Shown here: piece by piece, positions 8,085 to 16,551 of the stretch
Layout: each line of letters opens with the position of its first letter
Position numbering within the stretch: the stretch's first letter is position 1
DNA from: Salibacterium lacus
GTDB lineage: Bacteria > Bacillota > Bacilli > Bacillales > Marinococcaceae
DNA length: 24,000 nt
Assembly: GCF_042684865.1 (NCBI RefSeq)
Contig: NZ_JBHUML010000005.1
Location: 204,186 to 228,185 of the forward strand
Direction: 5' to 3'
Notes under the pieces: model-generated
What the model was told of the DNA's origin: nothing
The model's database searches: none
Seen by the model: the letters and a program-made list of their open reading frames with translations, nothing else
Program-made: the position numbers and the translations under genes

Positions 8085-8116
8085 GATAAAAACATCTCCA
8101 CGCAGGAGGACAGGCC

Positions 8117-8251
8117 ATGGAACAAAAAATGGACGCTGTCATAGATGCGTTCAACGCATTTCAAGAAAAGTTCGGCACGCATCACCAAGGGATACTAGAA
8201 CGAATGAAAGCCTTAATAATATTGAATACAGTTGCTACATTTTATTACTGA
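8117..8251 (+). CDS. 44-aa ORF spanning the core/island junction (possible truncated or chimeric gene)
   Basis: AGGAGG lies 7 nt before ATG 8117. The 5' part is G+C-rich and the last ~15 codons are AT-rich island sequence (MEQKMDAVIDAFNAFQEKFGTHHQG | ILERMKALIILNTVATFYY). Confidence 0.35.
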   Translation: MEQKMDAVIDAFNAFQEKFGTHHQGILERMKALIILNTVATFYY

Positions 8252-8317
8252 TCTCACAGGGTTTTAAACATTGCATAAAAAAATTTCCTCGCTTCACATT
8301 AATTTAACTCTCTTTAG

Positions 8318-8347
8318 TTTACGAAAACATGTTCCTTTTGATATAAT
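8318..8347 (+). promoter_or_regulatory. sigmaA-type promoter of the M-V-R operon
   Basis: -35 TTTACG (8318-8323), 18-nt spacer, extended -10 TGaTATAAT (8339-8347). The palindrome AACATGTT (8326-8333) and ATATAA-tt-TTATAT (8341-8354) overlap the promoter. Confidence 0.45.
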
Positions 8348-8396
8348 TTTATATGTCAAAAACATTCCCAGATAAATTCCTGAGAGGCTGATTAAC

Positions 8397-9698
8397 GTGA
8401 TTAAGGAACATAAGGTAACAAAAGTTGGACAAATGAGGGAATCATTAAACCTTTCGGTTAAAGAAATTGCCCGTATTCTAGGTAAAAGTGAACGGACAAT
8501 ATATCGATGGGAAAAAGGAGAGGCCTCCCCACATCCACAATCTCTATATGAACTGGAGACACTCTACAATAGAACTTTTGAAAAAAATTCAGGAACTGAC
8601 AGGTTGTTTACTTTTATAGATCTGTTTGCTGGGATAGGAGGGTTACGGAAAGGAATGGAGTCAATTGGAGGAGAATGTATTTTCACAAGTGAATGGGACA
8701 GTGCTTGTAGAGAAACTTATCGAGCCAACTTCAATTGTGATCATCCACTCGAGGGAGATATAAACAGTGTTCCCATTGGTGAAATTCCCTCACATGACGT
8801 ACTTCTCGCTGGATTTCCATGCCAACCTTTCTCAATAGCCGGGGTCTCAAAAAAACAATCGCTGGGAAAAGAAACCGGATTTAAAGATCTTGCACAAGGT
8901 ACACTTTTTTTTGATCTTGCTCAGATACTTGAATATCATCGTCCCAAGGCCTTTGTTCTTGAGAACGTTAAAAACTTAGTTAGCCACGATAAGGGTAACA
9001 CTTTTGAAGTTATATGGAAAACCTTGACTGAGGATCTTGGTTATAACGTGGACTATAAAGTTATTGATGCTAAAGGGTGGCTTCCCCAGCATAGAGAACG
9101 AATTTTTATTGTAGGTTTTCTAAATGAAACTGATTTCTCTTTTGAAAATATGAATATAAAAAATCCGGCAACAGGGCCGACACTATCCTCAATTCTTCAT
9201 CCAGAGGATGGAAGTGAAGAGCCGGAATCTCCATATACGTTAGAAAAAAATGCTGAGGTAAATAAAAAGTATACTTTAACGGACAAATTGTGGAGTTATC
9301 TTCAAAATTATGCAGCAAAGCACAAAAAAAAGGGAAACGGATTTGGTTTTGGATTAGTAGGCCCTAACGATACTGCCAGGACACTTTCTGCCCGTTATTA
9401 TAAAGATGGATCTGAAATTTTAATTTATCAAGGTGAAAATACCAATCCGCGTCGCTTAACACCAAGAGAGTGTTCCAGGTTAATGGGTTTTGATGAACCT
9501 GAAAAACCACCTTTCCGTATCCCGGTATCTGATACTCAAGCCTATAAACAATTTGGTAATTCAGTTTCAGTTCCCGTTGTGAGAGATATTGCTAAATTTA
9601 TGTTGCCGTATTTACTAAAAGAGCTTCGCATCAAAAAGTTTAAGCAACTCAGTCTCATAGAAGCTGAGGAAATTAAGGAAGCAGAAGAATATGTCTGA
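8397..9698 (+). CDS. dcm: DNA (cytosine-5)-methyltransferase, Dcm/EcoRII-type, with N-terminal XRE-like HTH domain
   Basis: Motif I FIDLFAGIGGLRKG, IV GFPCQPFS, VI ENVKNL, VIII QHRERIFIVG, TRD RTLSARYYKDGSEILI, IX LTPRECSRLMGF, X QFGNSVSVPV. N-terminal HTH LSVKEIARILGKSERTIYRWEKGE. Starts at GTG. Confidence 0.95.
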   Translation: MIKEHKVTKVGQMRESLNLSVKEIARILGKSERTIYRWEKGEASPHPQSLYELETLYNRTFEKNSGTDRLFTFIDLFAGIGGLRKGMESIGGECIFTSEWDSACRETYRANFNCDHPLEGDINSVPIGEIPSHDVLLAGFPCQPFSIAGVSKKQSLGKETGFKDLAQGTLFFDLAQILEYHRPKAFVLENVKNLVSHDKGNTFEVIWKTLTEDLGYNVDYKVIDAKGWLPQHRERIFIVGFLNETDFSFENMNIKNPATGPTLSSILHPEDGSEEPESPYTLEKNAEVNKKYTLTDKLWSYLQNYAAKHKKKGNGFGFGLVGPNDTARTLSARYYKDGSEILIYQGENTNPRRLTPRECSRLMGFDEPEKPPFRIPVSDTQAYKQFGNSVSVPVVRDIAKFMLPYLLKELRIKKFKQLSLIEAEEIKEAEEYV

Positions 9699-10149
9699 TA
9701 TAATGTCTGATGAATTGCGCAGCAAGGTAATGTCCCGGATTAAAAACAGCAATACTAAACCTGAGCTTATTATCAGAAAAGGTCTTCACGCTTTAGGCTT
9801 TCGCTACAGGATTAATGTTAAAAATATGGCTGGAAAACCTGATTTAGTTTTACCAAAATACAAAGCTGTTATCTTTGTAAATGGATGTTTTTGGCATGGC
9901 CATGGTTGTTCTCTATTTCAATGGCCAAAGACAAAAATAGAATTCTGGGAGAATAAGATAACTTCCAATATCAATAGAGATTTAAATAACACACGTTATT
10001 TAAATTCAGTAGGTTGGAAAGTTGGAACCATATGGGAGTGCTCTCTCAGAGGAAAGTACAGAAAAGATACTGATGTTGTAATTAATAGCATATCCAAGTG
10101 GGTAAAGCAATCAGATGATAACCTTGAAATCAAAGAACACGATCATTAA
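9691..10149 (+). CDS. vsr: very-short-patch repair endonuclease (Vsr)
   Basis: NTKPELIIRKGLHALGFRYR, GKPDLVLPKYKAVIFVNGCFWHGH, FWENKI..N..RD, GWKVGTIWEC. The start overlaps the methyltransferase stop (ATGTCTGA, 8-nt overlap). Confidence 0.95.
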   Translation: MSDIMSDELRSKVMSRIKNSNTKPELIIRKGLHALGFRYRINVKNMAGKPDLVLPKYKAVIFVNGCFWHGHGCSLFQWPKTKIEFWENKITSNINRDLNNTRYLNSVGWKVGTIWECSLRGKYRKDTDVVINSISKWVKQSDDNLEIKEHDH

Positions 10150-10194
10150 AGGCAGGCTAAGTAAATCTTTTATTCTATGGGTGGTGAGTACAGT

Positions 10195-11418
10195 ATGAAA
10201 CAGGGATATTTATCACAATATTTTCAGGGAGTCGTATTTAAACGTTTGAGCAGTGTTGAGATTAATCCCAGCAGCTCAAACCAGCATGAAATAAATGGAA
10301 CGATAAAGTTAAAAGAGATATTCGGCTCGGACAGAAAAGATTTCAGTGGTTATTTTTTTTGGATAGGCTCTGAAAATGAAGGTGCTTCAGCAAACGGTAG
10401 CGTAACTTGGTATGATGCACGGGCCAACCATCCAACCAGATCAGAATTTAGACTTTATTACAGTGATAAAGAAGTTGTTACTTCTTGTGATCCAGGCGAC
10501 CTTTTAGTTATAGCTAAACGTTCTGATCAAGAAGTTCTTTTCTTAACAGCTCCTGAAGGTAGTACTACTGAGAACCAGTTGCTTTGGCTTTTCGATATAT
10601 CGTCTACCAGTTACTCCTTTAGTTATCAAATATTTAATAAAGAAAAAAGCACTGAAATGGACTTCGTTTCTCGTTTTATACTAGAGGAAATGGGAATAGA
10701 AATCCATGAACCTGAAACTGATAAAATAGATAAAATCCTGGAACCATACTTATACCGAAAGTTTCCACCTACTAAGAAAGTAGCTGAACTGGCACGTGAA
10801 ACAGCGCTTACTTATTCTCCAGTGCACAATCCCGACGTTACATTAATGACATGGGCAGATTACGAAGAACGACTTTTTCGCAGATTAGAACGTTATGAAT
10901 TAAGTGAGCGCTTAAAAGAGGGATTTTATGATTATCAACACGACGAGAGTGACGTAGATGGATTTATCAGCTACTCTTTACGAGTTCAGAACCGTAGAAA
11001 ATCCAGAGCTGGTCTTTCACTTGAACATCATTTAGCTCATATATTTGAACAAAACAACATTAAGTTTTCTCAAGGTCAAACAACAGAGAATAAGTCCAAG
11101 CCCGACTTTTTATTTCCTGACATTGAAACTTATCAAAATACTAGTCAACCAGAAGCTAAATTAACAATGCTTGGAGCCAAATCCACGTGTAAAGATCGGT
11201 GGCGCCAAGTTTTATCGGAAGCCGACCGTATCACAAATAAACACTTACTAACTCTCGAACCAGCTATAAGTGAGCATCAAACCAATGAAATGATCAACAG
11301 TAAATTACAACTTGTTCTTCCTTCAGCTCTACATGAAACTTATACTGAGAAGCAAAGAGAATGGCTTATGACCCTTCACGAATTTATTGACATGGTAAAA
11401 GCCAAGGAAATAAAGTGA
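10195..11418 (+). CDS. type II(E) restriction endonuclease, EcoRII family
   Basis: The C-terminal catalytic half matches remembered EcoRII blocks: NRRKSRAGLSLEHHL, KPDFLFP, LGAKSTCKDRWRQVLSEADRI, HLLTLEP, LVLPSAL...LMTL. The N-terminus has an EcoRII-N-like VFKRLS segment. ATG 10195 is preceded by GGTGGTGAG; ATG 10177 is an alternative start. Confidence 0.9.
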   Translation: MKQGYLSQYFQGVVFKRLSSVEINPSSSNQHEINGTIKLKEIFGSDRKDFSGYFFWIGSENEGASANGSVTWYDARANHPTRSEFRLYYSDKEVVTSCDPGDLLVIAKRSDQEVLFLTAPEGSTTENQLLWLFDISSTSYSFSYQIFNKEKSTEMDFVSRFILEEMGIEIHEPETDKIDKILEPYLYRKFPPTKKVAELARETALTYSPVHNPDVTLMTWADYEERLFRRLERYELSERLKEGFYDYQHDESDVDGFISYSLRVQNRRKSRAGLSLEHHLAHIFEQNNIKFSQGQTTENKSKPDFLFPDIETYQNTSQPEAKLTMLGAKSTCKDRWRQVLSEADRITNKHLLTLEPAISEHQTNEMINSKLQLVLPSALHETYTEKQREWLMTLHEFIDMVKAKEIK

Positions 11419-11485
11419 GATTTGATGCCGCTTTGACCCATTGTTGGGCTTTTCTATATATATTCGTTGTTTACCAGCACAACTG

Positions 11486-11791
11486 TTATTCAATCCTTGA
11501 ACGAATTGTTTTCCAATCCGAATCTTGTTCATCTATTACAGTTAAAGCTTGATTAACTGGCATTTGGTGAAACAAACCTTTGTGTTCATTGTATAAACCC
11601 AAATGATGTAATACTCCTGCGGATTGAAACCCTTTTGAAACAAGCGGCGATAGATTAAGAATGTCCTCGTCCAGTTGACGGTGGGGTTTGAAATAGAAAA
11701 GATATTCATATACAATTTGATTTATTGATGCTTCATCGTAAAGTTTAAATTCACGCGATCTCAGTGATGGACGAAGGGGTGGCAAGTACAT
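11486..11791 (-). CDS. hypothetical protein (101 aa)
   Basis: AAGGAGAG lies 5 nt before the ATG. AT-rich island composition. No domain recognised. Confidence 0.6.
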   Translation of the reverse strand: MYLPPLRPSLRSREFKLYDEASINQIVYEYLFYFKPHRQLDEDILNLSPLVSKGFQSAGVLHHLGLYNEHKGLFHQMPVNQALTVIDEQDSDWKTIRSRIE

Positions 11792-11842
11792 TTTTTCTCT
11801 CCTTTTGTTAAACTGGTCCTGTAATTAACGAGGTAAGATATC

Positions 11843-12133
11843 ATGTATAATACGATTCTTTATTATCAAATGAATCAGGGACAAAGTTCAGAGACTATCA
11901 TTCCATATATGGAGCAGGTTATCTCAAAGATTAAAGAACTACCTGCCCATATACATGGGGTATTTATTGACGCTCCTGACGAGTACAAAGAATTTGAAGA
12001 GCTTATTGATAAACCCTTGAAACATATTGATTATATTTATCTAAACAGACAATTAAAAGATCCTTTCTATCACACAATGCTTGAACAAGTCTTAATAAAT
12101 GAATCTGTGTGCACAAAATATTTTGAGCTATAA
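11843..12133 (+). CDS. hypothetical protein (96 aa)
   Basis: GAGGT lies 8 nt before the ATG. Divergent from the 101-aa gene across only 51 bp. No domain recognised. Confidence 0.6.
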   Translation: MYNTILYYQMNQGQSSETIIPYMEQVISKIKELPAHIHGVFIDAPDEYKEFEELIDKPLKHIDYIYLNRQLKDPFYHTMLEQVLINESVCTKYFEL

Positions 12134-12162
12134 TACTTTTTCATACTAGAATGTGCCTATTG

Positions 12163-13402
12163 TCACGCCTGTTGATTTGACACAAATATCCATGAAAATA
12201 TGTACAAAAAGAGACATCCTCATCTAGAATGGCGTTGCGACACAACATTCAAGAAAGGATGTCTCTCTTGAATCATCGTATAACATTCCCGAACTTACTC
12301 CAAAAACCAGATCTGGATGATAAGCTACAGGAGCTCTTAGAAAACCTTCGGTTATATCGATACCGGCCGCAAACTGACGGTCTTTACCCTGCTTCACTAC
12401 GTAACGAATGCTTCGGCTCATGCATGGACGGGCTACCGCCAAAGTGCTTTGGAAGGGCCCCGGCATGAGCTGCCGGAGGTGGGAACATTCCTCGCTTTCT
12501 AAAAAAGCGGGAGATGTTCCTTATACGATTTTTAAAAAGCTGATCCATACGTTGGTATCCATGTGCAACCGCCCTACCCGCCGGGCTTTGAACCTCGATA
12601 AGAATCTGCTTGTTATCAATGCCACGATGATCACCGCAGGGGAAAACCGGCTACCCTTGGCGCTTTATCACAGCAGGCGTTCCGGCGTGAAGCTTCATAT
12701 AGCCTATACACCTTCTACGGGACGAGGAGACCGGGGCGCGAAAACATATCGGCCCATCGGGCCATCGTTGAACCATCGTGGTTCGATTCTTGTCGAAGAC
12801 CGCGCTTATTTTAAGATCCAGCGCATCGATTCCTTTTTAGGGGAGAAGCAGTCATTTGTCATCCGAATGAAAGAGAATGTAGAAATTGTCCGACCCAAAT
12901 ACTTAAAAGCGCTGAAAACCAAATACTCCCGTGTCACTCGTGATATCACCTGCCAGCTCGGTTCTGCTTAGGTTCGCTCCCAGCAACGACATCGCGTGGT
13001 ATTTTTCCAAGATGACGATGGGAACGATATGCGCGTCGTGACGGACCTCATGAACATATCGGCGGAAATCATTGCCGACATTTATCGGAAACGCTGGCAG
13101 ATTGAATTTTTTCCGCTGGACCAAGCAGCATTTGAACATTCCGACGTTGTTTGGAACAACGCCAAATGCCGTGTTCCACCAACTTTACGCCGCTTTGATC
13201 ACTTATATCCTGCTGCGCTGGTTATATCAGCGTACCTCCAAAGGAGAAGTGATGGAAACGCTGTCCTTTATCTCCTTCACACGCCATTTTCTGGCTCAAA
13301 GTCTACCGATTGACTGGCTGAGTGAAATGGCTGCTTCCTTAAAAAGATGGAGGCAGGCTCACGGGACAAATATGTTAAATGGTGGATAATAAACAGGCGT
13401 GA
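12163..13402 (+). mobile_element. decayed IS4-superfamily insertion sequence
   Basis: Terminal inverted repeats TCACGCCTGTT (12163-12173) / AACAGGCGTGA (12392+1000, i.e. 13392-13402). The interior encodes transposase fragments in three frames. G+C is higher than the surrounding island. Confidence 0.75.
12229..13389 (+). pseudogene. IS4-family DDE transposase, multiply frameshifted
   Basis: Fragments include ...LLVINATMITAGENRLPLALYHSRRSGVKLHIAYTP..., ...ILVEDRAYFKIQRID... and ...IADIYRKRWQIEFF / FFRWTKQHLNIPTLFGTTPNAV... (Y-x2-R-x3-E-x6-K signature). They are split over ORFs 12229.., 12408.., 12996.. and 13072... Confidence 0.8.
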
Positions 13403-13546
13403 TGTGTGATATCTCTGCCATCCCTTATAACATTTTATTGATGTATGACGGCCAAGAAAGGCTCCTACAAACGGCAATTAAAATCACTTAAGAACTTATC
13501 ATCTATTAAAATTTAAATCCACTATTTTCTATAATTCTAAAAATAA

Positions 13547-14581
13547 CTATGAAACTGAACCAATTTTATCAAGTAATGACATAAAATATTCCCCTTGAAT
13601 TTTAGAGACTCCTGGGGGAAAAGCATTGCCAATCATCTGTGCCAAAGAAGTCTTATTCTTTAAAACAGGAAACCTGTAATCAATAGGAAATGTCTGAAGT
13701 AGAGCGGCTTCTCTTGCTGAGATACTTCTGTTTTGTTCAGGGTGTAAAAACCTCCCTTTAGACGGGCTTAAACAACCACTTGTAATAGTTGATGATAACT
13801 GATCCCAACTAAGCCTCCCATATACATCTGAAAAACCTACGCCCCCCTTCTTATGGCATTCAAGCCAATATTCTTGAGGCAGGTCCTTTCGACTCCCACC
13901 ATCACCAGGGATTAATGTAATCATTTTCTTTATTCTGTCATTATGCTTTGAGTGAATAGAATGTAGTGAATCATCAGTTTCTTCAGGTTTTTCTAAGCCA
14001 TATATGCAATCTCTAACAGTTGTTTGTTTAACTGAATCCCCTATAGGAACCTTTATATTTTTATTAAGCAAAGAACCCATTAAAACTAATCTTTTTCTTC
14101 TTTGTGGCACTCCAAAATCAGCCACATTAATAATTTGATAATCTATCCCATAACCTAAATAGGTTAACTCCTGAATTGCTTCATTAAAATGTAAGTAATC
14201 TTTCAGCCCTGGTACATTTTCTACCATAATAAAAGTAGGCAATAATTCTTTGACGATTCTAATGAATTCAAATATCAATTCATTTCTTTTATCTTTCAAA
14301 CTATTCTTTTTCTTTTTTGTTTTGAGTGTAGAAAACCCTTGGCATGGTGGACACCCTGCAATTAATGTAACATCCTCTCCAATTTTTTTAATCAGTTCTA
14401 CACCACTTACTTCTTTTATATCTTTGTTTACTAATTTCGTGGATGGGTGGTTTTCAATGTAAGTTTGAGATGCAGTTTGATCTATTTCAACTGCTCCTCT
14501 AACATCAAAGCCAGCCTGTTTCAAGCCTTCACTTAACCCTCCACAACCCGAAAATAAATCAATTGCTACTGGTTTCAACAT
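13547..14581 (-). CDS. DNA (cytosine-5)-methyltransferase (second, unrelated specificity group)
   Basis: Motif I AIDLFSGCGGLSEG, IV GCPPCQGFS, VI ENVPGL, VIII QRRKRLVLMG, IX ISAREAALLQTFP, X IGNAFPPGVS. ATG 14581 is preceded by GGGAGGGAGA and lies 23 nt inside the upstream ORF. Confidence 0.95.
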   Translation of the reverse strand: MLKPVAIDLFSGCGGLSEGLKQAGFDVRGAVEIDQTASQTYIENHPSTKLVNKDIKEVSGVELIKKIGEDVTLIAGCPPCQGFSTLKTKKKKNSLKDKRNELIFEFIRIVKELLPTFIMVENVPGLKDYLHFNEAIQELTYLGYGIDYQIINVADFGVPQRRKRLVLMGSLLNKNIKVPIGDSVKQTTVRDCIYGLEKPEETDDSLHSIHSKHNDRIKKMITLIPGDGGSRKDLPQEYWLECHKKGGVGFSDVYGRLSWDQLSSTITSGCLSPSKGRFLHPEQNRSISAREAALLQTFPIDYRFPVLKNKTSLAQMIGNAFPPGVSKIQGEYFMSLLDKIGSVS

Positions 14582-16418
14582 TCTCCCTCCCATCTTTCAA
14601 TACATCTTTATTTATCATACCAAGAAATTCATCTAAAATCGCATATATTATATTATAGTTAGAATCTTTTTTCTCTATCCAATTATTAATTAATATGTTT
14701 TCCATAGTGTCCATTGAGTTTGAATCTGTTTTTCCTATATGATTTTCGCAGGCCTTATATATTTTTTCTTTATTCGACTCGGCATTAGAAACATTTATAT
14801 GTTTCTCTTCACCAATTAATGATTTTATAAAGCATTCATCCCAAATTATATCTTCTGGAATTTGAAGAGGAAAATATCTAACATTAGATTTATAAAAAGA
14901 TATGTATTTTTCTTGTGCTTCAACTATCTGGTCTGACCGATCTTCTCCTGAACCTCCATCTTTAGTAAAAAATATATCAATATTAGTGAATTCTTTAATT
15001 TGATTACTGTAGAAGTCCTCGTTCCTATTACCAATAGAAACAGAGTTAAGGTCAATAATTTCTTCGTCGGGCTGTTGATCTCCATCTAATATTACAAAAT
15101 TATTTTTATTAACGTCTTGAGAGTAATAAGTAATTAGGTTCTTTTTTATATAACTTTCTCCACCCGGACAAAAAATAACATTTATATCCTCAAATTTATC
15201 TTCTTTTTCCAAAATGATCTTTAAAATCTTCTCTGCTAATTCATCTTCGACAGTTATGGTGGCATTATTATAGGTAGAGGGTAGTCCAAGGAACCTAAAT
15301 GCTTCACTTGGAAAACACTCATTTATAATATCAATCTTTTTCGTTTCTGGATTCCTCATAAATCTTTTAATGGCTCTTCTAGGTAATCCTTCTGTAAAAG
15401 CAGGGGAATGAGTTGCAATTACTACTTGATGTCTTTTTCTTTTTATTTGTTCTAACAGAAAAGACATCAACTTTTTTTGAGCTCCAGGATGTATAGAAAC
15501 TTCCGGTTCATCAAGGAGTATTAAACTTTTTTCTTTTGCTCTTAATACTTCATAAACTAATTTAACAACAGATATTTCTCCACTACCTGCGTGTGCTTCT
15601 GAGTAAGTTAATTCATCTGTATTTAGTATTACTGAAGTTCCCCAGTCATAAAAAAATTTGTGCTTAATTACTTTTCCAGAAGTATATTTTTCTTGTAAAA
15701 TAAAAGAAATTGCATTTATTTCTTCTTTTGTCAAATCAACTACCAATTCATTTTGTTCTTGATTTTTCAATTTATAAACCTTTCGATTATCAATTGCATT
15801 TTTTAATTTTTTAGATTGATTTCTCAAATAATCTTTTTTTGCAGCTTTTTTCTTTTTCAAAGTAGACTGCCTCAATTTAACTTTTGATTGAGGTAGACTG
15901 CCAAAATAAAAATATTTATCAAATGCACTTAACTCACCTTTAAAGTCAAGATAAACTACGTCTTTTTTAATAATATTACCTCTTTTTTCAGAAGTATCCA
16001 TGCCATATTTCTCTAGTGGTTTACTAGTCTCCCAGTAATCATAATCATTTCTACCTTTATGAAAAATTCGATGGTATAAAACCGTTTCACTAGTATTTCC
16101 GTCTTGATATTCATATATGAAACTATGTTTTTTATCTTTGTCGGTATCACCAAATTCTTCAATAGGGTCTAAATTTGTTGAAAACCAAAAATCACTTATA
16201 GATAGTAACTTGGGTGCACCATATAAAGAGTGTAGAACTGAACTTTTACCTGATCCATTTTTACCCACCAAAAGTGTAAGAGGAAAGTCAAATGATATAT
16301 CGGTATCAAAAGTGAAATTTTTATATGATGGATATCTTAGACTGGTAATAAAACTATCAAAAACTTGAAGCTCAAACAGACGTTCAAGAGTCGATATCAA
16401 GTCTGTTTTTTCTTCCAA
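14559..16418 (-). CDS. ABC-type (AAA_15/OLD-like) ATPase with C-terminal Toprim/DUF4435-like region
   Basis: Walker A LLVGKNGSGKSS, signature-like HAGSGEISV, Walker B LILLDEPEVSIHP, H-loop VIATHSP. A long Lys-rich insertion lies between Walker A and the signature. The C-terminal E...GG...DxD pattern is ITVEDE / CPGGES / VILDGDQ. The likely start is TTG 16418 (GGGGG 6 nt upstream); the ORF is open to 16433. Confidence 0.9.
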   Translation of the reverse strand: MEEKTDLISTLERLFELQVFDSFITSLRYPSYKNFTFDTDISFDFPLTLLVGKNGSGKSSVLHSLYGAPKLLSISDFWFSTNLDPIEEFGDTDKDKKHSFIYEYQDGNTSETVLYHRIFHKGRNDYDYWETSKPLEKYGMDTSEKRGNIIKKDVVYLDFKGELSAFDKYFYFGSLPQSKVKLRQSTLKKKKAAKKDYLRNQSKKLKNAIDNRKVYKLKNQEQNELVVDLTKEEINAISFILQEKYTSGKVIKHKFFYDWGTSVILNTDELTYSEAHAGSGEISVVKLVYEVLRAKEKSLILLDEPEVSIHPGAQKKLMSFLLEQIKRKRHQVVIATHSPAFTEGLPRRAIKRFMRNPETKKIDIINECFPSEAFRFLGLPSTYNNATITVEDELAEKILKIILEKEDKFEDINVIFCPGGESYIKKNLITYYSQDVNKNNFVILDGDQQPDEEIIDLNSVSIGNRNEDFYSNQIKEFTNIDIFFTKDGGSGEDRSDQIVEAQEKYISFYKSNVRYFPLQIPEDIIWDECFIKSLIGEEKHINVSNAESNKEKIYKACENHIGKTDSNSMDTMENILINNWIEKKDSNYNIIYAILDEFLGMINKDVLKDGRENVETSSN

Positions 16419-16551
16419 TTTAATCCCCCACAATAACGTATAGTGCTTTATTATATGATAAAATACTCTTCAAATCCGTAATTATCTTTTATTTTACCAT
16501 TTTTCTTCTTAACTCTAAAGTTGCATAATCACAAACAGGAATATCTAATAG

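Noticed and set aside
9106-16368. Short antisense ORFs inside island genes (9106..9318, 14250..14462, 16117..16368, 17865..18104)
   Set aside because: They are nested opposite genes with unambiguous MTase, ATPase or Vsr motifs, and are likely chance ORFs.
16450-16455. TATAAT (minus strand) upstream of the ATPase gene as its promoter -10 element
   Set aside because: No acceptable -35 hexamer lies at 16-18 bp spacing (the TTGAAG is only 12 bp away), and TATAAT is expected by chance in this AT-rich DNA.
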